From contig JAKSUO010000001.1 in the NCBI GenBank assembly GCA_024408895.1, positions 1-31,844 on the forward strand: a stretch of DNA of 31,844 nt, read 5' to 3'. Source of the DNA: Alphaproteobacteria bacterium. GTDB taxonomy: Bacteria; Pseudomonadota; Alphaproteobacteria; RF32; CAG-239. Positions within the stretch are counted from its first letter, which is position 1. Every line of letters starts with the position of its first letter. The notes beneath the pieces are model-generated. The model was not told the origin of the DNA and searched no databases. It worked only from the letters and a program-made list of their open reading frames with translations. Positions 16,280 through 24,174 of this stretch are shown here, in pieces. The position numbers and the translations under genes are program-made.

Positions 16280-17734
16280 TTAAGGAAGAGGTTTGAATAT
16301 CTCAAGCGGCAAACCGTTGACGGATAAAAATGCTATAATCAGACAAGCAAGCGCAAAAATGTAGAGCATACTAAACAGATTTTGATTTTTAAGCGGAACT
16401 ATCTTCGGTAGATATTTTATAGTGGAGCTGACGGTAGTAATGCAAATAAACAGCAGTAAAAGTCTGATGAAAACACCGGCATCTTGAAGTTGCTGTTTGA
16501 ATGGCGCTACTATCTTAAATAAAGATGCGAACAATAAAATGAATGCGGCGATAAACAAATAACTTCCATACTGCGCCTGTTTGGCAATTTTGAGATTTTT
16601 TAAATTTATTTTTTGCAGATTTTCAATGGTTAATTCTTTAATCTTAACTCCGCGCAGAGTTTCTTTTTCAGTTTCTTGCTGTTTTTTATAGTTATCTATG
16701 TTGGCCTTAAATTTTTCGGCAATCATACACAGTCCGCAACCTTTGGGAGTGAAATAGGAATGGTCAATATTTTTTTTGCATTGTTTCAGGTGTTTTAAAA
16801 TGTATTCAAGTTGTGTTTGCCATTCCAATGCAGACGGACGTTCATTGCCTTTGGTAAAGGCGCGCTCAAACATATTCATAGTGTTTTTATCAAAATAATC
16901 GTGAATACTGTACGGATGCGGTGCCTGATAGGTATCTGGCCAAATGCTGTAAGCATAATGATACTTTGTAATGCGTTCTTGAATGGACAGCATATTTTCG
17001 TTTTTGCGCGGAGTGCCGGAAAACGGGTGGATACCTTCGTTTAAAAGCTTAAAAATAATAACGGCCAACGCAAATTTATCTTGTTCTTCGCCCATTTGCT
17101 GGCAAGTTTGTTGCATGCCTTCGGGGTAGATATATTCTTCACTGACATATTCTGCCGGATAGCGCGCATTATTCTCGCCCTTAATGGAAAAACCGTCGCA
17201 ATCAAACATGGCTACCAACATTGTGTTTTTGTATATTGAAACATTTGATGGTTTTAAATCAACAATGTAGTGACCGCACGCGTGCAAGGCGGCTACAACT
17301 GAGGTGATGTTATATGCGGCAAAGACGCGATCAACATAACGTTCGGAAAGTCCAAGCTTGCGGCGAACGGCTTTTTGAATGATGTGGTCTAAGGATATTG
17401 CCTCTTTGGTGTCTATCAGCGGCATTAAATAACCGACGCAGAAACCTTCCTCATCTTCCAATAAGGCGGTTGGCCACGCAATTTGAATATATTCTTTGCC
17501 TTTATACGGAATGGTTGGAATGTTAGGTCGGTTTTGCAACATTGCTTCCAATTTTTTACGGTTCGTGTCGCTATGTTCTTTATTATGGAAAATTTTTGCA
17601 ACACTGTTTGCGTGAGTGGTGTCTATATAAATTTTACCGGCGGCACCGCCTTTATTTAAGAGTTCACCCAAGGTAACTTTTTCGTTGTGTCCGTCAGGGT
17701 ATAGGGCTAAATATGTAATATCGGTGTTTTTCAT
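16280..17734 (-). CDS. YegI-like (TerY-P) Ser/Thr protein kinase with Zn-ribbon and about 3 C-terminal TM helices
   Basis: NKGGAAGKIY (Gly loop), VAKIF, IAWP...GYLMP, catalytic loop IVDLKPSN, DCDGF, EYIYPE, DKFALAVIIFKLLNEGIHPF, C-x5-H-x7-CxxC, then hydrophobic helices. ATG 17734 forms an ATGA overlap with the phosphatase stop. Confidence 0.88.
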   Translation of the reverse strand: MKNTDITYLALYPDGHNEKVTLGELLNKGGAAGKIYIDTTHANSVAKIFHNKEHSDTNRKKLEAMLQNRPNIPTIPYKGKEYIQIAWPTALLEDEEGFCVGYLMPLIDTKEAISLDHIIQKAVRRKLGLSERYVDRVFAAYNITSVVAALHACGHYIVDLKPSNVSIYKNTMLVAMFDCDGFSIKGENNARYPAEYVSEEYIYPEGMQQTCQQMGEEQDKFALAVIIFKLLNEGIHPFSGTPRKNENMLSIQERITKYHYAYSIWPDTYQAPHPYSIHDYFDKNTMNMFERAFTKGNERPSALEWQTQLEYILKHLKQCKKNIDHSYFTPKGCGLCMIAEKFKANIDNYKKQQETEKETLRGVKIKELTIENLQKINLKNLKIAKQAQYGSYLFIAAFILLFASLFKIVAPFKQQLQDAGVFIRLLLLFICITTVSSTIKYLPKIVPLKNQNLFSMLYIFALACLIIAFLSVNGLPLEIFKPLP

Positions 17735-18480
17735 GATAATTTTGCCCACAACAAGGTTTTATCATCGGCATTAATTCGCTGCGCTCTGGAATCGTTCAAA
17801 GTATTGCGCAAAGCATTAACCGCCAAAGCTTTATTATTTTCAGTATTCAGATAGTTGATAATCGGGCACAAAAAATTCTTTCTGATTTTATAAAAATCAT
17901 CGGCAAACACAAAATTTGTAACTCCGTCTGTCATCAACACAATGCGGTCGGCATTATCAAAAAAAGTAAATCGCAAACAATTTTGCCAATCACTCATGGT
18001 ATAAAAAAATGTTTCACACGAAAAAGCTCCGTTTGCCGGTTCGGAAATAATAAATTCATCGGTGTTCTGTTGACTAAAAGCTAAAGCCGCACCATCGCCG
18101 ATATGAAAAAACACACCTTTGTTACGAAAACAAAAAGCACCGACAACCGTGGCCGAAAAATCCATCAAATTTTGAGCAGATTTGCTTTTGTTGCAACGAT
18201 GAAGAATCAATTTCTGCCTTGCCGTTTCTATGGCGCGAACGGTGTCTTGACGAATGTTTTTTAAATTTGAGCGTATGAGAAGATTGCATAATGTATCACA
18301 CACGATTTTTGCGCCGATTTTACCATATTTTGCCGAGCCGGCGCCATCGGAAACAACCGCAACGAGTTTATTTTTATTTGTTTTGGAACAATGATAATCC
18401 TGACACGGCAAATTCTTGGTGTGGTGCAACGAACCTTGTATGCCGGCGGCTATAACTCGTATGTGTTGTGGCTTGTTCAT
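17731..18480 (-). CDS. PP2C-family phosphatase (YegK/PphC-like, TerY-P)
   Basis: QGSLHHTKNLPCQD, VSDGAGSA, HIGDG, LMTDG, DDKT metal-binding motifs. Confidence 0.92.
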   Translation of the reverse strand: MNKPQHIRVIAAGIQGSLHHTKNLPCQDYHCSKTNKNKLVAVVSDGAGSAKYGKIGAKIVCDTLCNLLIRSNLKNIRQDTVRAIETARQKLILHRCNKSKSAQNLMDFSATVVGAFCFRNKGVFFHIGDGAALAFSQQNTDEFIISEPANGAFSCETFFYTMSDWQNCLRFTFFDNADRIVLMTDGVTNFVFADDFYKIRKNFLCPIINYLNTENNKALAVNALRNTLNDSRAQRINADDKTLLWAKLS

Positions 18481-18484
18481 ATTT

Positions 18485-19165
18485 TTACTTTTCGTTCCAA
18501 TCGGTTATGTCGTCAAAGTAGTGGTCGGCATTAGGAGCTGCTTTGGAAACGCAAGAAACACTGCGGCTGAGCCATAAGAAAAATTCGGTGAATTTAAGAC
18601 CGGTTAAGCGTTTCGGCGGTAAAAGAGAAAACTTTGCCAACTTATCCAAATTTGCGCCCTGAGTGCCGATTGCGTGAATCACAACTTTTTTGTTTTTTTG
18701 CGCATAACGGCAAATTTCCGCAGATTCCTCCCAACCGTAATCGGTTGGTTCACCATCACTGATTAAAAATATCCAAGGGCGTTTTGAGGTAATGCCGCAA
18801 CTGTCATACAGGCATTTCTGCTCCTCAATTTTTTGTAAAGCTTTTTCCATGGCTTTGCCCAACGGGGTGAGGCCGCCGGCTTCCATAACAGGAGCGGCAA
18901 AGTTCATGGCGTCGGTCCAGTCCGCGCATATTTGAACATCATCTTTACCGTATGCTTTAATAATTAAAATTTGTACACGAGAGCTGGCATCAATATCTTC
19001 TTTTAGCTCTTTCTCCAAAGCCTGAAGACCGGCATTGAGTTGTTTAATCGGTTCGCCACGCATAGAGCCGGAACAATCCAAAACTAAAACGCAAGGTGTG
19101 CGTTCGTTGGCATTATCGGCAAACTCCACATAAGGAATCCGTTCATTTGTATTAGTATCAGACAT
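18485..19165 (-). CDS. terY: TerY/YegL-type von Willebrand factor A protein
   Basis: MIDAS DCSGS, GLTPLG, RPWIFLISDGEPTD, FFLWLSRSV; strong SD AAAGGAG. Confidence 0.9.
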   Translation of the reverse strand: MSDTNTNERIPYVEFADNANERTPCVLVLDCSGSMRGEPIKQLNAGLQALEKELKEDIDASSRVQILIIKAYGKDDVQICADWTDAMNFAAPVMEAGGLTPLGKAMEKALQKIEEQKCLYDSCGITSKRPWIFLISDGEPTDYGWEESAEICRYAQKNKKVVIHAIGTQGANLDKLAKFSLLPPKRLTGLKFTEFFLWLSRSVSCVSKAAPNADHYFDDITDWNEK

Positions 19166-19313
19166 TCGGCTCTCCTTTGGAATGTGGGTATTTGTGCGGG
19201 AAGTTGCTGCCTGTGATTGGTGAAGGTTCCGAATATCTTCCGCAAGCCGACAATGTCATTAACAGAAATCCTGTTAAACCGATGGCTAAAATTATTTTTT
19301 TCAAAATTTTCAT
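19158..19313 (-). CDS. Unannotated 51-aa lipoprotein, LptM/YifL-like
   Basis: Hand-translated (below the track's size cut-off): MKILKKIILAIGLTGFLLMTLSAC-GRYSEPSPITGSNFPHKYPHSKGEPNV. Basic N-region, hydrophobic core, lipobox LSAC; the stop overlaps the start of terY. Confidence 0.8.
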   Translation of the reverse strand: MKILKKIILAIGLTGFLLMTLSACGRYSEPSPITGSNFPHKYPHSKGEPNV

Positions 19314-19408
19314 TTGTTAACCTTTTTTTTGATGTCTTCGCATATATTTAACATATAAAAGCGTAAAGTGAAATATATTTTATATTTTTAACAGAAAGTT
19401 GTTAATGA

Positions 19409-19966
19409 ATGAATAAGATTTGGCGTTTAATTTTCTTTTTATTGATGGCGTTTATCGGAATATCTGAGGCCGAAGCGAAAATAAATATATTTCCGCAACC
19501 GCGCTATATTCCGCCGCTTAGTTTTTACGGTGACAGCGGTAAGGCGTATCGTCTATATGATTTTAAGGCCGATTTGTTGATGGCGGTTATGTGGTCAAGA
19601 CGTTGCGGGCCGTGTATTTCCGAGATGAAAAATTTAAATGAATTTGCAAAAAAAACAGCAAAAAAAGGGATTAAAGTTATTTTGATATCGCCAGAAAAAG
19701 AATGGAAATCCATTGATGAACGTCATACCTTTTTAAAGCGTATCGGCGCGCCGGATTTGGTCAGCTATTTGGATAAAAAAGCAAACTTTGCCGATGGAAT
19801 GGGAATGCGGGTGACACCGACTGTGTTTTTGGTTAACCATAATAGCGAGGAGGTCGGACAAATTACCGGATCGGTTAAATGGGATGATACCGATGTCTTG
19901 GATTATATGTTGAAGTTTAAAGAAGAAGTTTCAGAGAAACTTAATCAAAATAAATCCGCCGAATAA
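19409..19966 (+). CDS. tlpA: TlpA-family thiol:disulfide oxidoreductase
   Basis: Signal/anchor sequence, WSRRCGPC (CxxC) then EMKNL, cis-Pro in VTPTVFLV, GSVKWD. Confidence 0.85.
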   Translation: MNKIWRLIFFLLMAFIGISEAEAKINIFPQPRYIPPLSFYGDSGKAYRLYDFKADLLMAVMWSRRCGPCISEMKNLNEFAKKTAKKGIKVILISPEKEWKSIDERHTFLKRIGAPDLVSYLDKKANFADGMGMRVTPTVFLVNHNSEEVGQITGSVKWDDTDVLDYMLKFKEEVSEKLNQNKSAE

Positions 19967-20524
19967 CAGCACCAAAAACAGAACTGACAGCCATCCGAGA
20001 TTTTTCTCTATAAAAATTCGCATTTTTGCGCCATAAGTTTTTAACAGCCACGCAATTAGGAAAAAACGCAATCCGCGTGCAATAACGGATGCAATGGTGA
20101 ATACAACCAAATTAAGATGCACAACGCCGCTGGCTATGGTGATAATTTTGTATGGAAAAGGTGTGATGCCTGCTCCAAAAACAATCCACGCGCCATATTC
20201 TTCATAGAGGTTTTTAAATTCGTTGAATTTATCCAAATAACCGTAAAAATTAAGCAATGGCTCGGCAATAAGCTGGAAGAAATATACGCCGATAATGTAA
20301 CCGAGATATGCGCCGATTACGCTTGCAATTGTACAAACACCGGCAATCTTCCACGCTTCTTTCGGGGTGGCTAAAATCATTGGAATCAGCATAATATCAG
20401 GCGGTATGGGAAAAAACGAACTTTCCACAAAGGATATGATAAATAACCACATTAAAGCATTGCGGTTACCTGATAAACGTATAATCCAGTCATAAATTTT
20501 GCGTATAAAGCCGGTAAAAAACAT
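19931..20524 (-). CDS. DedA/YqaA-family membrane protein
   Basis: ISFVESSFFPIPPD, SVIGAYLGY, GITPFPYKIITIASG, RGLRFF. GAGGA SD favours ATG 20524 over 20536. Confidence 0.92.
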   Translation of the reverse strand: MFFTGFIRKIYDWIIRLSGNRNALMWLFIISFVESSFFPIPPDIMLIPMILATPKEAWKIAGVCTIASVIGAYLGYIIGVYFFQLIAEPLLNFYGYLDKFNEFKNLYEEYGAWIVFGAGITPFPYKIITIASGVVHLNLVVFTIASVIARGLRFFLIAWLLKTYGAKMRIFIEKNLGWLSVLFLVLLFGGFILIKFL

Positions 20525-20555
20525 CAATATCCTCATTTTAAAATCTGAGGTGATG

Positions 20556-21185
20556 TTAATTCAAAAATTTTTTAATTTCAGTAATATCTTGTTGTCTATC
20601 CACATAAAATGTGTGATTGCCACTCAAGCGAAAACGCGCTATTTTGTAGGCTTCAGTGTTTTCAATGAAAATGGTTTGCGGGGTATTTTTGCGCAAATAT
20701 ATTTCCGCAGCAATTTCGTTATGCACTTCAAAATAAGGAATGTTATCGCTATCAAGCTGCTGTTTGAGGATAGTTGAGTTTTCACAGTATGAACCGAGTA
20801 ACATAACTTGATGATTTTTACCGCCGAGAGAATAACTTTCGGTTATATCCGTGAATTTTTCGCTATCGCGCGGCAGACGCAAATAATGCGCCACGCTTGA
20901 ATATATTTTGAATGGGATATTGTCGTTGCGAATAACGATAATTGGGCATTGTGCTTTTATTGCTTCTTCAAAATGGATGACGGGCGAAAAATTTTTTTCA
21001 AGTTTGTCTTGTATGCTGAAAATCATTATATCCGGAGTGATCTCGCGGGCATATTTAATGATGTGATATAAATTGTCTGAAGCAAACGTTTGTAATGAAT
21101 GATTAACAAAGAAATCATCAAAAGTGCTCAAATCTGCTTTATTTTCATTATATATGAAAACTTTTCCGGGGGTAGGATACAACAT
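20556..21185 (-). CDS. Hypothetical protein with two degenerate receiver (CheY-like) domains
   Basis: KVFIYNEN...PDIMIFS...CPIIVI and QVMLLGSY...PQTIFIE follow the beta/alpha pattern of receiver domains but lack the acidic pocket and the phospho-Asp. Confidence 0.6.
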   Translation of the reverse strand: MLYPTPGKVFIYNENKADLSTFDDFFVNHSLQTFASDNLYHIIKYAREITPDIMIFSIQDKLEKNFSPVIHFEEAIKAQCPIIVIRNDNIPFKIYSSVAHYLRLPRDSEKFTDITESYSLGGKNHQVMLLGSYCENSTILKQQLDSDNIPYFEVHNEIAAEIYLRKNTPQTIFIENTEAYKIARFRLSGNHTFYVDRQQDITEIKKFLN

Positions 21186-21238
21186 TTTTATCTCCTTATT
21201 GTTTAAGGAAATATAATTATTGTTTTGCCGTATTAAAG

Positions 21239-22081
21239 TTATTGATGTTGCAATATATACGCATCAACGGTGTTTTGCAAAAGCATGGCAATGGTCATTG
21301 GGCCGACACCGCCAGGAACCGGAGTTAAAAATGCGGCTTTTTCTTTAACATCATCAGCATCAATATCGCCGCAAATTTTGCCATTGTCGCGATTAATACC
21401 GACATCAATTAAAACAGCACCGTCCTTAATCCAGTCTTTTTTTACCAATTTTGCAACACCGCAGGCGGCAATTAAAATATCCGCTTTGCGAGTCAGTTCT
21501 TTGATATTGCGGGTATGAATGTGGGTTATTGTTACCGTACATTCTTGATTAAGCATAAGCGTTGCCAGCGGACGGCCGACAATCAGTGATGCTCCGATAA
21601 TCACTACATTTTTACCGCTCAAATCACTATATATGTTTTTGAGCATAGTCATAATGCCGAGCGGAGTGGCGGCAACAAAATAAGGTTGTTCATTATTTTG
21701 CAACATTCCGGTATTATACGGATTGAATCCGTCAACATCTTTTTGCGGCATAATATGATTGATAATTTTATTGGTAGTTAAATGCGCCGGAAGTGGTAGT
21801 TGGACAATAATCCCATTTGTTTGCGAATCGGCATTGAGACGGGAAATCAAAGTAATTATCTCATCTTCCGAGGCGTTTTCAGGAAAATGGAATAATTCGG
21901 TTTTTAGACCAATTTTTTCGGCAGCTTTTTGCTTGTTGCGCACATAAATAACGCTTCCATCATCATTGCCGACCATTATAATAGCCAATTTCGGAGTACT
22001 CGGAAAATCTTTTATTCTCTGAGCCAGAATTTCATATATACCGGAAGCTGTTGTTTTGCCGTTAATAATTTCAGCCGTCAT
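21239..22081 (-). CDS. folD: Bifunctional methylene-THF dehydrogenase/cyclohydrolase
   Basis: YVRNK, GIIVQLPLP, KDVDGF, IGASLIVGRP, IDVGIN, TPVPGGVGPMT. Confidence 0.97.
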   Translation of the reverse strand: MTAEIINGKTTASGIYEILAQRIKDFPSTPKLAIIMVGNDDGSVIYVRNKQKAAEKIGLKTELFHFPENASEDEIITLISRLNADSQTNGIIVQLPLPAHLTTNKIINHIMPQKDVDGFNPYNTGMLQNNEQPYFVAATPLGIMTMLKNIYSDLSGKNVVIIGASLIVGRPLATLMLNQECTVTITHIHTRNIKELTRKADILIAACGVAKLVKKDWIKDGAVLIDVGINRDNGKICGDIDADDVKEKAAFLTPVPGGVGPMTIAMLLQNTVDAYILQHQ

Positions 22082-22401
22082 TTAATATTTTCCTTCAACA
22101 TTGATTGCAACGTTATTTCTATATCTTTTGTCAGCGGGGTATTAACATATATTTTTTTCCAGTGGTCTGTTTCACCGCCGATAATTTGAAACATATTTTT
22201 TGCTATTTTAAGATTTTGAGAAAGCATTTTTATCAGTTCTTGATTTGCCTTGCCTTTTTCCGGTGCGGTGGTCACATAAGCTCGCAGGTAAAAAAGTTCG
22301 GAACTGTCTTGAAGCAAATCCTTAAAACCGCAAAACGAAGCATTCGGCGTCAACTTAATGCGAACAACAAAACCTGATTTATATGTTTCAAAGAAATTCA
22401 T
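22078..22401 (-). CDS. DUF167/YggU-family protein
   Basis: VRIKLTPNA...VTTAPEKGKANQELIKMLS...GGETDHWK; yggT-DUF167-folD synteny; ATGA overlap with folD. Confidence 0.9.
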   Translation of the reverse strand: MNFFETYKSGFVVRIKLTPNASFCGFKDLLQDSSELFYLRAYVTTAPEKGKANQELIKMLSQNLKIAKNMFQIIGGETDHWKKIYVNTPLTKDIEITLQSMLKENIK

Positions 22402-22406
22402 TCAAA

Positions 22407-22724
22407 TTACATATATTGGCGTATCCATTCGCTCAAGTGGGTGATAAACGACCCTACAAAAGCTATGGCAATCAGCAAAACATACGGCGCAACATCATAA
22501 CCGGCAAATGGCGGTACTTTGCTACGAATGTATTTATATGCCGGTTCGGTCAATTTTTTAAGGATTTCCATAAACTTTTCCGCATATTTATTATGTACGG
22601 TCATTAATTTATAGTGCAACATCCAATAAAGAATGATGTCAATGGCGACAACTTTGAAATAAATATTAACCAAAATGCCCAAAATATCTAACAAAGGCAT
22701 TAAAAACAAACCGATGATTCCCAT
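22407..22724 (-). CDS. yggT: YggT-family membrane protein
   Basis: LKKLTEPAYKYIRSKVPPFAGYDVAP matches the YggT L-T-E-P...D-[LF]-S-P pattern. Confidence 0.88.
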   Translation of the reverse strand: MGIIGLFLMPLLDILGILVNIYFKVVAIDIILYWMLHYKLMTVHNKYAEKFMEILKKLTEPAYKYIRSKVPPFAGYDVAPYVLLIAIAFVGSFITHLSEWIRQYM

Positions 22725-22735
22725 AAATTTTCTCC

Positions 22736-23620
22736 TTAATTTTGCGTTTCCGTATCTTCAATGGACGTGTTTTTTGTTTGTTCTATCATATTAAACCTGT
22801 GAATGTCAAATCTTCTTTTATTATATATACCGCGCAAGCGGGCAATGCGGTCATAACTTGAAAGCGTTTCTTCTGCGCTGTCGGCGTTTATAACAGTGTC
22901 GGCGGTTGTTGTCGGAATGCTGATTTCTTTGCGTAATTGCAGAAGCATAAGACGTTTTAACCAATGCGCAAAGTTAAATTTATCGCCCAAGTCCTCATCT
23001 TCTTCATGGTCTATTCCCAGAGTGACGCGTTCCTTAAAGCTGAAGTTGTAATTGTAGCCGAGATTTTGCAAAGATTTAAGCATTTTGTATATAGGTTTTG
23101 CGCGTTCAAAATCTTGTATGGTAGTTTCGTGATTAACAGTATCCGGTGTGTAGTTTTCAATTAAGTCTTTAATTTCGCGCAAACGCACAATATTTAACGT
23201 TAATTCACCAAAAAGCAACGTGTTGTCTTCTCCGGACACCTTGATAAAAGCTAAAGCTGCAAACAACATAAATTCATAACGGCTTATTTTATCTAAAAAC
23301 TCTTGGCGATTAGAATAGTCATCTTGAGAAATGTAGCCGTCATTCATGTGCTTAATGATGTCAGCCGCCGTTTCCAAAATCATGGCATGAGTTGTTTCTT
23401 TATCGTTGGCAATGCAGTTTTGTGTCAAAGTGTGGCCAAACATATTCAGAAGTTCAGGTCTGGTATAAACAGTGCCATTGAAATCAACCTCATAATCATC
23501 GGGTGCCAATATTGTTTCGCGTAAGATTGTTGCCGCATCCGCACTGCTGACTGCCGGAAAATTGCTTTTTGCCGCTTCATATAGTGTTTGGAAATATGTG
23601 CAACTGCTGTAACGCCCCAT
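22736..23620 (-). CDS. Hypothetical protein, 294 aa
   Basis: Long ORF starting 2 nt after the TerB-like gene; no family recognised. Confidence 0.78.
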   Translation of the reverse strand: MGRYSSCTYFQTLYEAAKSNFPAVSSADAATILRETILAPDDYEVDFNGTVYTRPELLNMFGHTLTQNCIANDKETTHAMILETAADIIKHMNDGYISQDDYSNRQEFLDKISRYEFMLFAALAFIKVSGEDNTLLFGELTLNIVRLREIKDLIENYTPDTVNHETTIQDFERAKPIYKMLKSLQNLGYNYNFSFKERVTLGIDHEEDEDLGDKFNFAHWLKRLMLLQLRKEISIPTTTADTVINADSAEETLSSYDRIARLRGIYNKRRFDIHRFNMIEQTKNTSIEDTETQN

Positions 23621-23622
23621 TT

Positions 23623-24060
23623 TTAATCTTTCTCAAAAATTATTTTTGCTTGTTCAAGCCAAATAATACGGTCTATAACCCAATTGCTGATTTGCTCTAT
23701 TTTTTCCATTTCAATACCGAGGGCTTGCCCAACCTTACCGATAAAAAACGTTTCTTCATCAGACAATATATTATCCAAGTGCGATATGGTGCACATCTCT
23801 TTAATCAATTCCAAAGCGAGAGGTCGGTTTTTTATGGCTTTCATATTTTTTATGACCTCATTTTCATCGTTGTAATCCAAAATTTCGTTAATATTCTTGA
23901 TGCCGTGCTTTTGTGCCGCATTGATAATATAATTGAATTCTTCTTCGTCGGCATGGCCGTCTACACTGGATAAACAGAATAATGCTTGAAAAAAGGCCTT
24001 TTTTTCTTTAGTGGAAGCCGAATCCAAATTTGTAGGTAATATATTTTCTATTTCCGACAT
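23623..24060 (-). CDS. TerB/DjlA-N-like helical protein
   Basis: LSSVDGHADEEE and ISHLDNILSDEE, the duplicated D-G-x-x-x-x-x-E pattern of TerB-like folds; AGGAG SD. Confidence 0.8.
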   Translation of the reverse strand: MSEIENILPTNLDSASTKEKKAFFQALFCLSSVDGHADEEEFNYIINAAQKHGIKNINEILDYNDENEVIKNMKAIKNRPLALELIKEMCTISHLDNILSDEETFFIGKVGQALGIEMEKIEQISNWVIDRIIWLEQAKIIFEKD

Positions 24061-24086
24061 AATCGTTTCTCCTGAAAAACAACACT

Positions 24087-24115
24087 ATCATATCGGCATA
24101 TTGTTAATTTTGCAA
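24087..24115 (-). promoter_or_regulatory. sigma70 promoter of the terB-like...folD operon
   Basis: Minus strand TTGCAA-17 nt-TATGAT. Confidence 0.65.
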
Positions 24116-24174
24116 TACAAAAAAGTGTTGAAAAAAAAATATGTTTGACGTAGATATAATAACAGATTTAATTT

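Noticed and set aside
19520-19640. TlpA with a thioredoxin-like CGPC and WSRR in place of WATW
   Set aside because: Within the normal variation of TlpA/ResA active sites; nothing else suggests a new function.
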